Assembly: GCA_045660265.1 (NCBI GenBank)
Contig: JAZRDM010000017.1
Span: 7,221-71,220 of the forward strand
DNA: 64,000 nucleotides
Source: Candidatus Scatosoma sp.
GTDB taxonomy: Bacteria > Bacillota > Clostridia > Christensenellales > Borkfalkiaceae
Direction of reading: 5' to 3'
Shown here: piece by piece, positions 26,293 through 34,929 of the stretch
Layout: each line of letters begins with the position of its first letter
Position numbering within the stretch: position 1 is the first letter of the stretch
Made by a program: the position numbers and the translations under genes
The notes under the pieces: model-generated
What the model was told of the DNA's origin: nothing
The model's database searches: none
What the model saw: only the letters and a program-made list of their open reading frames with translations

Positions 26293-26502
26293 TTATAAGC
26301 CTAAAATTTGCTTTTTCTTGGTTTCAAATTCTTCTTGGGTAATAATTCCGTTGTCAAGCAAATCTTTCAGTTTTTTCAAATCATCTAATTTGTCGCCGCT
26401 TTGCGTAGGCGTTGCCACGATAACGGGTGCTTGCGTTGCTTCTTGGCGTTCGTTGATAAGGGTGGATAATACTTCACCGATTTCTTTGTAGTTGCCGATC
26501 AT
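26293..26502 (-). CDS. SHOCT-domain small protein
   Basis: C-terminal LKKLKDLLDNGIITQEEFETKKKQIL is the SHOCT motif. Confidence 0.6.
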   Translation of the reverse strand: MIGNYKEIGEVLSTLINERQEATQAPVIVATPTQSGDKLDDLKKLKDLLDNGIITQEEFETKKKQILGL

Positions 26503-26561
26503 TTCAAATTTCGTCCAGCCCGAAGCGTTTACAGGTAAGTTATGCCGTCGTGTGTTATTGG

Positions 26562-26660
26562 GAAACAGACCGTAGCGAGCCGACTGCGCCGAATTTGGTA
26601 AAAATAGCGGATTATTTTGACGTTTCCGTGGATTATTTGTTGGGTCGAACAGAGTATTAA
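26562..26660 (+). pseudogene. Remnant of an XRE-family HTH gene (C-terminal half only)
   Basis: The frame ending at TAA 26658-26660 reads ...EPTAPNLVKIADYFDVSVDYLLGRTEY. There is no start codon or N-terminal helices, and the upstream part runs into the opposite-strand SHOCT gene. A hairpin GCGCGCA-TTTT-TGCGCGC follows. Confidence 0.4.
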
Positions 26661-26766
26661 AGCGCGCATTTTTGCGCGCTTTTTATAATTTCATCTCGTA
26701 CATGCCTAGGGGATTTTGAAATATAAGCAGGATGAACAATATTTAAAAAATTATTTATAAAAAGCA

Positions 26767-26795
26767 TTGACAAGAAAAAAGGAAAGTTGTATAAT
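26767..26795 (+). promoter_or_regulatory. Consensus promoter (TTGACA-17-TATAAT) of tRNA-Ala
   Basis: TTGACA at 26767-26772 and TATAAT at 26790-26795, 12 nt before the tRNA 5' end. Confidence 0.75.
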
Positions 26796-26807
26796 AAGTT
26801 TGTTTAT

Positions 26808-26883
26808 GGGGTTATGGCTCAGTTGGTAGAGCGCCTCGTTCGCAACGAGGAGGCCAGCGGTTCGAATCCGCTTAGCTCCACCA
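26808..26883 (+). tRNA. tRNA-Ala (anticodon CGC), CCA encoded; prophage attachment site
   Basis: Acceptor GGGGTTA/TAGCTCC with the G3:U70 alanine identity pair, anticodon loop TTCGCAA, T-arm AGCGG-TTCGAAT-CCGCT. Confidence 0.92.
26859..26883 (+). repeat. attL core GGTTCGAATCCGCTTAGCTCCACCA
   Basis: Identical 25-mer at 62228-62252. Confidence 0.9.
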
Positions 26884-26887
26884 AAGC

Positions 26888-26928
26888 ACGGCATTTATGC
26901 AAATAATCTTGCATAAATGCCGTTTTTC
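26888..26928 (+). terminator. Phage-supplied terminator hairpin after the reconstituted tRNA-Ala
   Basis: ACGGCATTTATGCAA-ATAATC-TTGCATAAATGCCGT followed by TTTTT. Confidence 0.65.
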
Positions 26929-26977
26929 TTTTGCAATTTTGTATAAATATTTGTCAAAAATTGCGGTTTTGGTAGGG

Positions 26978-27001
26978 TTTGGGGAACAATTTGGGGAACA
27001 A
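26978..27001 (+). repeat. Tandem TTTGGGGAACAA x2 (candidate integrase arm-type sites, attL side)
   Basis: Two perfect 12-mers abutting the integrase stop codon. Related pair at 62160-62182. Confidence 0.6.
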
Positions 27002-27003
27002 AA

Positions 27004-28257
27004 TTATTGTTTTTCAAGTTTCGCAACAGGGAAAATAACCTTGTTCATTTCTTCGCGCATAAACTTATCGGGAAAGTGCGTATAATGCTTTGCGATCAAG
27101 CGAACGGGTGAATCTCCGATCCATATTTCTACGATTTCTTGACGAACGTACTGTTGACAAATCGTAGAAAAAGTATGTCGCAAATTATAAGCAGATTTCT
27201 CTTCACCTAAAAGTTCTTTAAAAAGCTTATTTGCTGTTACGGCTCGTACTTTTCGGTGTAATGGCGAAGTCCAGTCGATCAATCCTCGTGCCTGTATAGG
27301 TATGGGGATTTTTTTATACTCGATTTTCCCGTTTTTTCGTTTACGGTTTCGTGCAATCAAGAACTCGCCTTCGACGCGTGTCTCTTCGTCGAGTTCGGAT
27401 GCGCGCAGTCCAAAGAAATAATAAAAGTATGCCATTTGCCGAATTTTATCAAATCGTGGCTCGTTAATGCGGCATAAGAAGCTGTCGATTTCTTCTTCGG
27501 ATAAAGCTTCACGAACTTGCCTTTCGGCGCGGTGAAAGGGCACGAGCGCAACTGGATTGACCGTTATCAATCCAAGAGCCATGGCAAATTTAAAAACGCT
27601 GTTAAAAACAGTTCGCATATCTTCATAGCCTCGCGCGGAGAGCGTATTCATATATTCAGATAATTCAATTGTTGTAATCGTCGAGATGCGTTTTTCTTTT
27701 ATTGAAGTTGGTATTCTATTGAAACGGACTCGATAATCTCCAAGCGTTTTCGGTGTTATTTTGCTTTTTGATTTGTGTGCAAAAAACTTTTCGAAAATGT
27801 CGGCAAATAGATCTGATAAACCATCATTGCGACGAATGCGATATTTTTCAATCTTTTCCGATGTTGTTTTTGCTAAAAACTTTTTTTTCGCCTCCGCCAA
27901 GTCGGTGGAGGATGCAGTTATATTATAACCATTTGAGCGGTAGCGAATTTCGTAGCAATACGAGTTCCTACCGCTTTCTCTTTTTATAACGTGAGCGCAA
28001 AGGCCGTTCGCTATAAATTCTTTTTTAAATGTAATCGCCATCTTTGAAATCTCCTTAAGTGTAAATTTCATGATAGTCGTTACAGATTTTGTATGTTGTT
28101 GTAGTTTAACTGCGCTGCCTTGGGATTCCAAGGTAACGAGCCGTTCGATCAAGGCGGTGTAGTCGCCGGCGATATTCATAATCTCGTGCCGCTCACGCGC
28201 CATCATCAGTTTTTGAGTGATAGTTATAAAATCATCAGATAAATTGCTCTTATGCAT
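27004..28257 (-). CDS. int: Tyrosine-type site-specific integrase
   Basis: C-terminal catalytic region ...LRASEL...YNLRHTFSTICQQ...IGDSPVRLIAKHYTHF (R, HxxR and Y signatures). Adjacent to attL. The true start may be an internal Met. Confidence 0.85.
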   Translation of the reverse strand: MHKSNLSDDFITITQKLMMARERHEIMNIAGDYTALIERLVTLESQGSAVKLQQHTKSVTTIMKFTLKEISKMAITFKKEFIANGLCAHVIKRESGRNSYCYEIRYRSNGYNITASSTDLAEAKKKFLAKTTSEKIEKYRIRRNDGLSDLFADIFEKFFAHKSKSKITPKTLGDYRVRFNRIPTSIKEKRISTITTIELSEYMNTLSARGYEDMRTVFNSVFKFAMALGLITVNPVALVPFHRAERQVREALSEEEIDSFLCRINEPRFDKIRQMAYFYYFFGLRASELDEETRVEGEFLIARNRKRKNGKIEYKKIPIPIQARGLIDWTSPLHRKVRAVTANKLFKELLGEEKSAYNLRHTFSTICQQYVRQEIVEIWIGDSPVRLIAKHYTHFPDKFMREEMNKVIFPVAKLEKQ

Positions 28258-28330
28258 TTTTTCTTCTCCTTTGTAATTTGTAAAGATTTTTGAACGTCCT
28301 TACATTTTCAAAGGGAAGATAGATAAATAA

Positions 28331-28346
28331 TTGCAATTAACTGCAA
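28331..28346. repeat. TTGCA-N6-TGCAA motif, copy 1 (TTGCAATTAACTGCAA)
   Basis: Intergenic, between the repressor stop and the integrase start. Confidence 0.7.
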
Positions 28347-28383
28347 TTTTGTACTGATATCTACTTATAAAATCGCCTTCTTT

Positions 28384-28737
28384 TTACTTATTCGTTTTTG
28401 CATCGGTGGCGATTTCTAATAGTTTTATTTGAGCGTCAACAAATTCTTCCCCGAGAATTTCGTCGGCTCGGGACAAGACGTGGAAACGATAACGGTCTTT
28501 GTCCGATAAAACGATTGCGTGGCTGTCGCTCAACCCAAGCGCGCGTTCTTCGTCCGTAAAGGTGGGGGCGAGCCCAAGGGCACGTTCGATTGCTTGCATA
28601 GTATCTATGCGAGGGTGTTTTACTACGCCGAAAAGAATTTTTTCAACCGTGCTTTTAGGTAAATTCGCCCGTTCGGAAAGTTCTTCTATTGAAAGTCCTG
28701 CGTTTTTTCGAATTTCATTCAGTTGATTTGGGTTCAT
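28384..28737 (-). CDS. CI-like XRE-family repressor (no S24 peptidase domain)
   Basis: Start MNPNQ (complement of 28735-28737) after GGAG. HTH LNEIRKNAGLSIEELSERANLPKSTVEKILFG. Divergent from a Cro-like gene. Confidence 0.7.
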   Translation of the reverse strand: MNPNQLNEIRKNAGLSIEELSERANLPKSTVEKILFGVVKHPRIDTMQAIERALGLAPTFTDEERALGLSDSHAIVLSDKDRYRFHVLSRADEILGEEFVDAQIKLLEIATDAKTNK

Positions 28738-28813
28738 AGTCAAAACTCCTAAAAATATTTTTTTCATTGTACAAAAAAACTCCAAAAAATGCAATAAATT
28801 TTATATAAAACGC

Positions 28814-28842
28814 TTGACAAACGCAAAATTTGGAGTTATAAT
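28814..28842 (+). promoter_or_regulatory. Consensus early rightward promoter (TTGACA-17-TATAAT)
   Basis: TTGACA at 28814-28819 and TATAAT at 28837-28842, in the divergent switch region. Confidence 0.7.
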
Positions 28843-28884
28843 AAAATCGAAAAACGCCAAAAAAGGAGTTTTAAACAAAAAGGA

Positions 28885-29043
28885 ATGAGTGCGTATGCAC
28901 TTGCTAAAGCGGTAGGGTATAAGCCACAAACGGCTTACAACTGGGTGTATGGACATGGGACACCAACTCCTGCGGTAATGTTAAAAATGACGAACATTTT
29001 AGAGATTTCAGCGCAAGAAATTTTGGAAATGTTCGCGGAGTAA
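28885..29043 (+). CDS. Cro-like small HTH protein (52 aa; too short for the ORF track)
   Basis: AAAAGGAG upstream. MSAYALAKAVGYKPQTAYNWVYGHGTPTPAVMLKMTNILEISAQEILEMFAE. Confidence 0.6.
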   Translation: MSAYALAKAVGYKPQTAYNWVYGHGTPTPAVMLKMTNILEISAQEILEMFAE

Positions 29044-29056
29044 ACGGAGAAAGTAT

Positions 29057-29455
29057 ATGCAAGAAGTTATTCAATTTGATAGAAACGGAGAAACGGGCAA
29101 CATTTTTTATATATTACGTGAAGCAAGTAGTATATTGAAAGCGCAAGGCAGGGTACTCGAAAGCGTGAAAATGTTTGAGCGTGTTAAGAAAGAGGACTAC
29201 GATCAAGCGTTGGCTGTTATAGGAGAGTATGTGAAATTGCAAGACATCACTTATAAGCCGAGATATCAACCTCGGACATACGAACAGCTGATACAGTTCT
29301 CCAAAGACGCACAGATAAGCCAAGAATGGATTGTAAGATTACTCCGTTATTACACGGATACGCTTGGCTGGGGTATGCAAGAAAGTCTTGATTACGTCGT
29401 CGGCTTATTTGAGAACGGTACGATACAAGAAATTAAAAAGCTGGGAGGATTATGA
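29057..29455 (+). CDS. Hypothetical phage early protein
   Basis: Complete ORF, GGAGA upstream. No family recognised. Confidence 0.55.
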   Translation: MQEVIQFDRNGETGNIFYILREASSILKAQGRVLESVKMFERVKKEDYDQALAVIGEYVKLQDITYKPRYQPRTYEQLIQFSKDAQISQEWIVRLLRYYTDTLGWGMQESLDYVVGLFENGTIQEIKKLGGL

Positions 29456-29456
29456 G

Positions 29457-29660
29457 ATGGAAAATAAGGCTGAATTTGTAGAAAAGTATTTAAAACCCTT
29501 ATTGATTGCCGCGAATGTCGAAGCGATTGACGCGGTGTACGAAAAGCAGGGCGGCGAGGAGATCGTAAGGATTACGTTTTGGGGAGGCGGAACGCACGAA
29601 AAAAACGTTTCCTGCGACAGCTTAATTGCTTTATCGAGAGATGTATTAAAAGGTCTATAA
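29457..29660 (+). CDS. Hypothetical phage early protein (67 aa)
   Basis: ATG at 29457 after GGGAGG. The track ORF starts earlier at 29364. Confidence 0.5.
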   Translation: MENKAEFVEKYLKPLLIAANVEAIDAVYEKQGGEEIVRITFWGGGTHEKNVSCDSLIALSRDVLKGL

Positions 29661-29682
29661 ACGAGAAAGGAGGTAGTAAAAC

Positions 29683-29901
29683 GTGAAAGCAGAGAGAGCG
29701 AGAAAATATCCGCGAATGGAAAAGCTTATCCATCGTCGTCAAGTTATGAATTTAACGCGCGAGGAACTCGCCGAGCAGAGCGGTGTAAGCAAGTACGTGA
29801 TAACGGAGTACGAGCACGGTGGGAGAGTTCCCAAGACGGACGTTATGGCAAAGATTGCCGCTGTTCTCAAATGCACGGTGGACGAGCTTATCGATAAATA
29901 A
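29683..29901 (+). CDS. XRE-family HTH protein
   Basis: LTREELAEQSGVSKYVITEYEHGGRVPKTDVMAKIAAVLKCTVDELI. Confidence 0.7.
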   Translation: MKAERARKYPRMEKLIHRRQVMNLTREELAEQSGVSKYVITEYEHGGRVPKTDVMAKIAAVLKCTVDELIDK

Positions 29902-29925
29902 ATACAAAAGAAAGAGGTAATAGAA

Positions 29926-30138
29926 ATGATTGGAGGAATTGAGCCGTCGTGGCTCGGAAAATGCCGAGACGAATCTTATATAACCAAGAGAGAGTTTGTC
30001 GAATACTGTTCGGCGTGCGGTACGCCGATGTATGACGACGAGGAAATTTACGACTGTGCCGACGGGTTTGTGTGCGCAAAGTGCTACGAAAACCGTCAGC
30101 GTAACGAGGAAGAAGGAGGCGAGGACGATGAGTATTGA
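29926..30138 (+). CDS. Small zinc-ribbon-like protein with acidic tail
   Basis: CSACG...(16 aa)...CAKC pattern. Confidence 0.5.
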   Translation: MIGGIEPSWLGKCRDESYITKREFVEYCSACGTPMYDDEEIYDCADGFVCAKCYENRQRNEEEGGEDDEY

Positions 30139-30274
30139 AACGGTATTGATTTTGAACAGCGTGGCATTAGGGCTTGGAATAATCTTTATGACGGTACTTT
30201 TAGTGCTACTGTTTAAAGCAGAACGTAAACTTGCAAAGTACGGCGAATCGAAGTTCTTCATTCGCAAGAAATAA
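30128..30274 (+). CDS. Small single-pass membrane protein (48 aa)
   Basis: MSIETVLILNSVALGLGIIFMTVLLVLLF; overlaps the previous stop codon. Confidence 0.4.
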   Translation: MSIETVLILNSVALGLGIIFMTVLLVLLFKAERKLAKYGESKFFIRKK

Positions 30275-30442
30275 GAAGATAGACAGCGTGGAAAAACGTC
30301 TCTATCGCGCAAGCGTGTCGAACAGGTGAACTACATCAAACGGCATGGCTACGCAGGCGGTTAAAAAGCCGCCTATATGGGGAAGAGGCAAAAGTGGGTT
30401 CAATTCCCGCAACCCCAACAAATACACTTTAAGGAGGCTATT

Positions 30443-31588
30443 ATGGCTATTTACAAACCTTCACAGGAAACGTTCAGCAATCAACGTTTCTCGGCAATTA
30501 TTTATGGCGCACCGGGCACGGGCAAGACAACGCTTGCTTGCTCTGCGCCGAATCCTATCCTTGTCGATCTCGATAAAGGCTTGCAACGTATCCGTGCGCA
30601 GCATAGAACGGACTTTATTAGAGTCGATACCTACGAGCAGTTGCTTGCGGATCTTGAAAGCGAAGAATTGAAAGAGTACGAAACGATCGTCATTGATACG
30701 GGCGGATCGCTCATTACGTACATGCAGAACTATGTAATGAAACAAGATCCTTCGCAGAACAAGACGAAATCGGGCACGATCTCAATCAAAGGACACGGCG
30801 CGGTAAAAGCAGAATTCCAGCGACTTACAAACTGGCTAAAAACGACGTTGAATAAAAACATTATCTACGTATTTCATTCTATTGAAGAGAAGAACAAGGA
30901 TAATACGGTCCAGCGTTTGTTGTGCGAAGGCAGTTCGAAGAATATCGTATGGCAACCCTGCGATTTCGGCGGCTACGTTTACATGAACGGCGACCAACGA
31001 GTGATCGGTTTTACCCCTACGGACGAGTATTTCGCGAAAGGTTGCTACGGCATTAATGGCGTACGTAAAATTCCGACCTTGGGCGATGCGGACAAGAACG
31101 ATTACATTACACGATTGTTTGCGGAAGCGAACGCAAATATCGCAAAGGATAACGATTTCTTTAAAGCAGAGCGTGAAGAATACGAGAAAGTCATGGAAGA
31201 AGGGCGAAAGATGATCGAGAGCTGGGACAAGCCTGAACAGTTTACCAACGGTTCGGCGGAATTGAACAAACTCTCTCACAAATTGACGTCGCTCGTAGAG
31301 CTCAAAGCTATTTGCAAAGAGCGTATTACCGCGCTCGGCTTTGTTTGGGATCGTGAAAAGAAGGCGTATGTCTCACTCGCAAAGGAAGATTCTAAAACGG
31401 ACCAGACCGAAACAAAGAAGAAAGGTCGCGATATTGCAGACGATATTCTTAACGGGCTTACCGCGAAGGGTGAAAAAAATGACGATAGAGCCTTAAAAGA
31501 CGATACGGCGAACGAGAAGACGAAAGAAAGCGAAAAGGCCGAAAAAACGGCAAAAGAACAGGCTACGGACGAGGTTGATGGTAAATGA
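30443..31588 (+). CDS. AAA_24/Sak4-like RecA-fold ATPase with long charged C-terminal extension
   Basis: AAGGAGG then ATG at 30443. Walker A GAPGTGKTT near the N-terminus and Walker B-like IVIDTGG. Confidence 0.6.
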   Translation: MAIYKPSQETFSNQRFSAIIYGAPGTGKTTLACSAPNPILVDLDKGLQRIRAQHRTDFIRVDTYEQLLADLESEELKEYETIVIDTGGSLITYMQNYVMKQDPSQNKTKSGTISIKGHGAVKAEFQRLTNWLKTTLNKNIIYVFHSIEEKNKDNTVQRLLCEGSSKNIVWQPCDFGGYVYMNGDQRVIGFTPTDEYFAKGCYGINGVRKIPTLGDADKNDYITRLFAEANANIAKDNDFFKAEREEYEKVMEEGRKMIESWDKPEQFTNGSAELNKLSHKLTSLVELKAICKERITALGFVWDREKKAYVSLAKEDSKTDQTETKKKGRDIADDILNGLTAKGEKNDDRALKDDTANEKTKESEKAEKTAKEQATDEVDGK

Positions 31589-32235
31589 AGAATGAGCGTT
31601 ATTTAATAACGCAGTCTCTCCTTTCTGCGTGGTTGTATCAATTCAACTGCGCAGAGGGGCATGAAGAAACTGCAAGGGAAGAATTTTTAAAAACTCTGAG
31701 GCGAGAGCCGTTTGAGCAAAACGAGATAATGCTACGTGGGCTCTCGTTTGAAAATGCGGTACAAGAGATGCTCCGCGGTGACGATCAGCCTGCGTATGAG
31801 CATTGCGAAATTTATGCTAAGCGAAGCAAGGAAAAAGAATTTAAGTGTATCGTGGAAATGGCAAAAATCATGAAAGGCGGTACTTATCAGCTGACTGCAT
31901 ACAAGGACAAAGTGATCGCTGGCGAGAATTTTTTATTGATGGCAAAATGCGACTGGGTAAAAGCCGGGGTAGTGTATGATTGCAAGCGTGTGCAAGAATA
32001 TGCGGCTGTTGGCAAATATTTGGAGTCTGTTCAGCATCCGATGTATCTTGAAGTATTATCGACAGCGACGGAATTCAAATATGAAATTTGCGACGGCGAA
32101 GATATTTACGAGGAACGTTATACGCGTCTCGATATTCCGCAGAGCATTGATGCGACGATCGCAAACTTTACTAAAAGTCTTAAAGATGAAGGGCTGTGGG
32201 AGACGTACACAACCCTGTGGAAATCGAAATATTAA
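31585..32235 (+). CDS. Putative PD-(D/E)XK-type nuclease
   Basis: KCDWVKAGVVYDCK fits D-x(n)-D-x-K. Start overlaps the upstream stop, giving the usual phage pairing with the Sak4-like ATPase. Confidence 0.45.
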   Translation: MKNERYLITQSLLSAWLYQFNCAEGHEETAREEFLKTLRREPFEQNEIMLRGLSFENAVQEMLRGDDQPAYEHCEIYAKRSKEKEFKCIVEMAKIMKGGTYQLTAYKDKVIAGENFLLMAKCDWVKAGVVYDCKRVQEYAAVGKYLESVQHPMYLEVLSTATEFKYEICDGEDIYEERYTRLDIPQSIDATIANFTKSLKDEGLWETYTTLWKSKY

Positions 32236-32244
32236 AGGTGGAAC

Positions 32245-32967
32245 ATGGCAGGAGTAAAAGGATTTACATTTTGGGAGAACTACTATACAACGATCAGCGA
32301 TCCCGACAACGAGCTTTCGGACGAAGAAAAGGGCCAGCTCTATAAAGCTATAATCGAGTACATTTTTGACGGCAGAAAGCCCGAGTTTAAAGGCGTTACT
32401 CGCGCCATATTTTCCGCACTTCTGCCAAGTCTCGACCTTTCAAAAACAAGGTCGCAAAGCAGACAAAGCGGGAAGAAAACGGAAACAAACGAAAATCAAA
32501 ATCAAAACAAACGAAAATCAAAACGCAATCAAACTGAAAAGAAAACGGAAACAAACGAAAATCAAAGTGATGATTGTGACCTTTATATAAATAATAAAAG
32601 TATTATCCTGACGGATAATACGAAAGGAGAAGATATAAAGGGGGATTATAAGGGGGAAGAAAACGCAAGAGAAAGCTTCTTTAAGTCTCATCCAAATATC
32701 GTTATCGATAACTATGATCCGTCGGTTTTATTAGAATTGACAGACGAAGATTGGGAAACAATAGCGTTGCAATTCGAGAAAAGCGAGTGGTTGCGGAAGA
32801 ACGTAAAAACGATGTCGATGTTATGTAGGCTTTCGAGCAAGATTCTCGCCGGGGTGTATGCGCCGTTTGAAAAAGTGCAAAACGAGAAAGACGATGACTT
32901 AACCGAAGAAGAACGGCGCGACAACGAAGAGTGGTTTGAAAAGAATTTTGGACATACCAGCGGATAA
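32245..32967 (+). CDS. Phage replisome-organizer-like protein (DUF6291-like N-terminus)
   Basis: FWENYYTTISD...EEKGQLYKAIIEYIFDGRKPEF....AIFSALLPSLD pattern. Central K/N/E-rich linker with a 28-bp direct repeat. Confidence 0.45.
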   Translation: MAGVKGFTFWENYYTTISDPDNELSDEEKGQLYKAIIEYIFDGRKPEFKGVTRAIFSALLPSLDLSKTRSQSRQSGKKTETNENQNQNKRKSKRNQTEKKTETNENQSDDCDLYINNKSIILTDNTKGEDIKGDYKGEENARESFFKSHPNIVIDNYDPSVLLELTDEDWETIALQFEKSEWLRKNVKTMSMLCRLSSKILAGVYAPFEKVQNEKDDDLTEEERRDNEEWFEKNFGHTSG

Positions 32968-32979
32968 TAGGAGGCTCAA

Positions 32980-33855
32980 ATGGGAGAGTTGAAACATATC
33001 GGCGAATCGTTATACTTTACGCCTGAACGCTACAAGGAAATGAAAGCGAAACAGTTTGCGACGATCGACACGAGAACAGAGTATATCGCAGGCGAGAGAA
33101 TTTACTGCCGAGCTTGCGGTGGGGAAAAATCGGTGGATCTTCCAGACTATAACTTTTATACAAAATGCGAGTGCCCTTGTCAACGAAAAAAGGACCAAGC
33201 GGAGCAACGACGAAGAGAGCGGATCGAGCGTGCCAAAACCTATCAGGCAATCAATGAAAGAATACTCCCTGCGGAAGTACGGAACGCGTCCTTTTATGGA
33301 ATTATAGACGCTAAAAGTAGCGAACATTATATGAACGCATGTCAGCGTTGCGAGAAATTTTGCAATAATTTTCAAGCCGTTAAGGAGAGTGGAAGAGGAA
33401 TATGGCTTTACGGGGGCTTTGATACAGGAAAAACGTATCTCGCCGCAGCTATATTGAAAAGATTGCAATCGGACGGTGTGCCAAGTCTATTTACCTCGTT
33501 AGAGCGCATCTTCGAAGAGCTAAAGGCTACTTATAGTAATTCGTCTAACGTAACAGAGCAAGGCGTTATGGAAAGCTATGTTAATGTAGAATGTCTTATA
33601 CTGGACGGATTTACGGGAATAAAAATCTCTAAAAGAGGCGTAGAAAATTGGGCTGCGGATAAGTTTTGCGAAATCATAAAGCGTCGATTTGAGCAAAATC
33701 GTCCAACGGTAATCACAAGTCGAGACTCCATCAAGGAGTTAACGACAAATGGCTTATTACCGCGATCTATTGTGGATAAACTCATGAACAAGATGGTGTC
33801 GATACATTTAACGGACAATCAGCGCCGAGCGACACAAAGTAAAATTGAATTTTAA
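32980..33855 (+). CDS. DnaC/IstB-like AAA+ helicase-loader with N-terminal Cys cluster
   Basis: Walker A GGFDTGKT, Walker B CLILDGF. N-terminal CRACGG...CECPC. Confidence 0.6.
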   Translation: MGELKHIGESLYFTPERYKEMKAKQFATIDTRTEYIAGERIYCRACGGEKSVDLPDYNFYTKCECPCQRKKDQAEQRRRERIERAKTYQAINERILPAEVRNASFYGIIDAKSSEHYMNACQRCEKFCNNFQAVKESGRGIWLYGGFDTGKTYLAAAILKRLQSDGVPSLFTSLERIFEELKATYSNSSNVTEQGVMESYVNVECLILDGFTGIKISKRGVENWAADKFCEIIKRRFEQNRPTVITSRDSIKELTTNGLLPRSIVDKLMNKMVSIHLTDNQRRATQSKIEF

Positions 33856-33859
33856 AAAA

Positions 33860-33875
33860 GTGCAGTTAACTGCAA
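33860..33875. repeat. TTGCA-N6-TGCAA motif, copy 2 (GTGCAGTTAACTGCAA; the core TGCAGTTAACTGCA is a perfect palindrome)
   Basis: 5 nt after the stop of the DnaC-like gene. Confidence 0.7.
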
Positions 33876-33915
33876 AAAAAAATAAATACCCGAAAGGGGA
33901 AGGAGACACTTACTT

Positions 33916-34917
33916 ATGGGAAACAATGAACACTTTGACCAGCTTATGTTGGCGGACAACAGCGGGCTGACCATTGAACAACAGCAATTTAAGGATTTAC
34001 ACGAACGTATTTGCTACAACGCTCGAAAAAGCGCCGAGTATTGGGTTGATATGGCGAGCGGTATCCGCGAAATGCGCGACAGTAAGCGCTATAAAGCGGC
34101 GGGGTTCGAAGATTTTGCGGACTACACGGTCAACGCACTCGGAATTAAAGAACGTCAAGCGTATAATTACATCGCGGTTATCGAGAAGTTGCCAGAAAAT
34201 TTTATCAAAGCGCATGCGACGATCGGCGTAACAAAACTGGCCTTGTTGACGACCGTCAATGAAGAAGAACGCGAGGAAATTCTTGAAAAAATTGACATTG
34301 ATACTGCAAAAACGGTTGATATCAATGCTGCGGTAAAAGAGGCTCTTGATGCTCGCGACAAAGCAGAACAACAGCTTTCACTTGTTCTTGACGAGAAGAA
34401 AGAAATCGAAGAAGAAAATGAAAAGCTTTCTACGGAATATTCCGAGCTCGCAACGGAGCAGAAGGAAATGAAAGCGGAAAATAAACGTTTGGAACAGGAA
34501 AATGAAGATTTGCGCCAACAGCTTGAAGAGGCAAAGAAAGAGCAAGAGCCGACAGTCGTTTTCCAACCTGATCTTGAGCAAACCGCAAAGCTGAAACAGG
34601 TGCAGGAAGAAAAAGACGCTTTACAAGAAGAAAGTGCCCGTAAGGATAAGGAGTTGGAAGAAGAACGTGAAGCAAAAGCAAATCTGGAAAAAGAAATGGC
34701 GAACATTCGCAAACAGTTAAAACAGGCGCAAAACGCAAAACTCGAGCCTGCCAAGGTGGAAATCAAGGGCGATGCGATTGTCGTATTTAAGGTCAAATTT
34801 GGTATATTCCAAGACCTTTTGGACGAGATGAGTGCACTTATCGGTGAGATGGACGACGAATCGGCGAAGAAATGCAAAGCGGCGGTACACGCCGTACTCG
34901 AAGATTACGCTATTTAA
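33916..34917 (+). CDS. DUF3102-like HTH plus long coiled-coil protein
   Basis: N-terminal YW.DMASGIREMRDSKRYKAAGFEDFADYTVNALGIKERQAYNYIAV, then E/K-rich heptad-like region. Confidence 0.4.
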   Translation: MGNNEHFDQLMLADNSGLTIEQQQFKDLHERICYNARKSAEYWVDMASGIREMRDSKRYKAAGFEDFADYTVNALGIKERQAYNYIAVIEKLPENFIKAHATIGVTKLALLTTVNEEEREEILEKIDIDTAKTVDINAAVKEALDARDKAEQQLSLVLDEKKEIEEENEKLSTEYSELATEQKEMKAENKRLEQENEDLRQQLEEAKKEQEPTVVFQPDLEQTAKLKQVQEEKDALQEESARKDKELEEEREAKANLEKEMANIRKQLKQAQNAKLEPAKVEIKGDAIVVFKVKFGIFQDLLDEMSALIGEMDDESAKKCKAAVHAVLEDYAI

Positions 34918-34929
34918 CGGAGGAGAAAA

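Noticed and set aside
30340-30420. tRNA-like fragment upstream of the Sak4-like gene. It has a perfect T-arm GTGGG-TTCAATT-CCCGC flanked by GGGG...CCCC, and a GGCGG...CCGCC stem.
   Set aside because: I could not complete a cloverleaf. There is no matching 5' acceptor strand or D-arm, the putative anticodon loop is 8 nt, and there is no CCA. It may be a remnant of a tRNA or att fragment, but it is not callable as a tRNA gene.
34167-34877. 236-aa minus-strand ORF (Ser/Phe-rich) and neighbouring antisense ORFs.
   Set aside because: It is the shadow of the E/K-rich coiled-coil gene 33916-34917. Its low-complexity composition mirrors GAA/AAG repeats.
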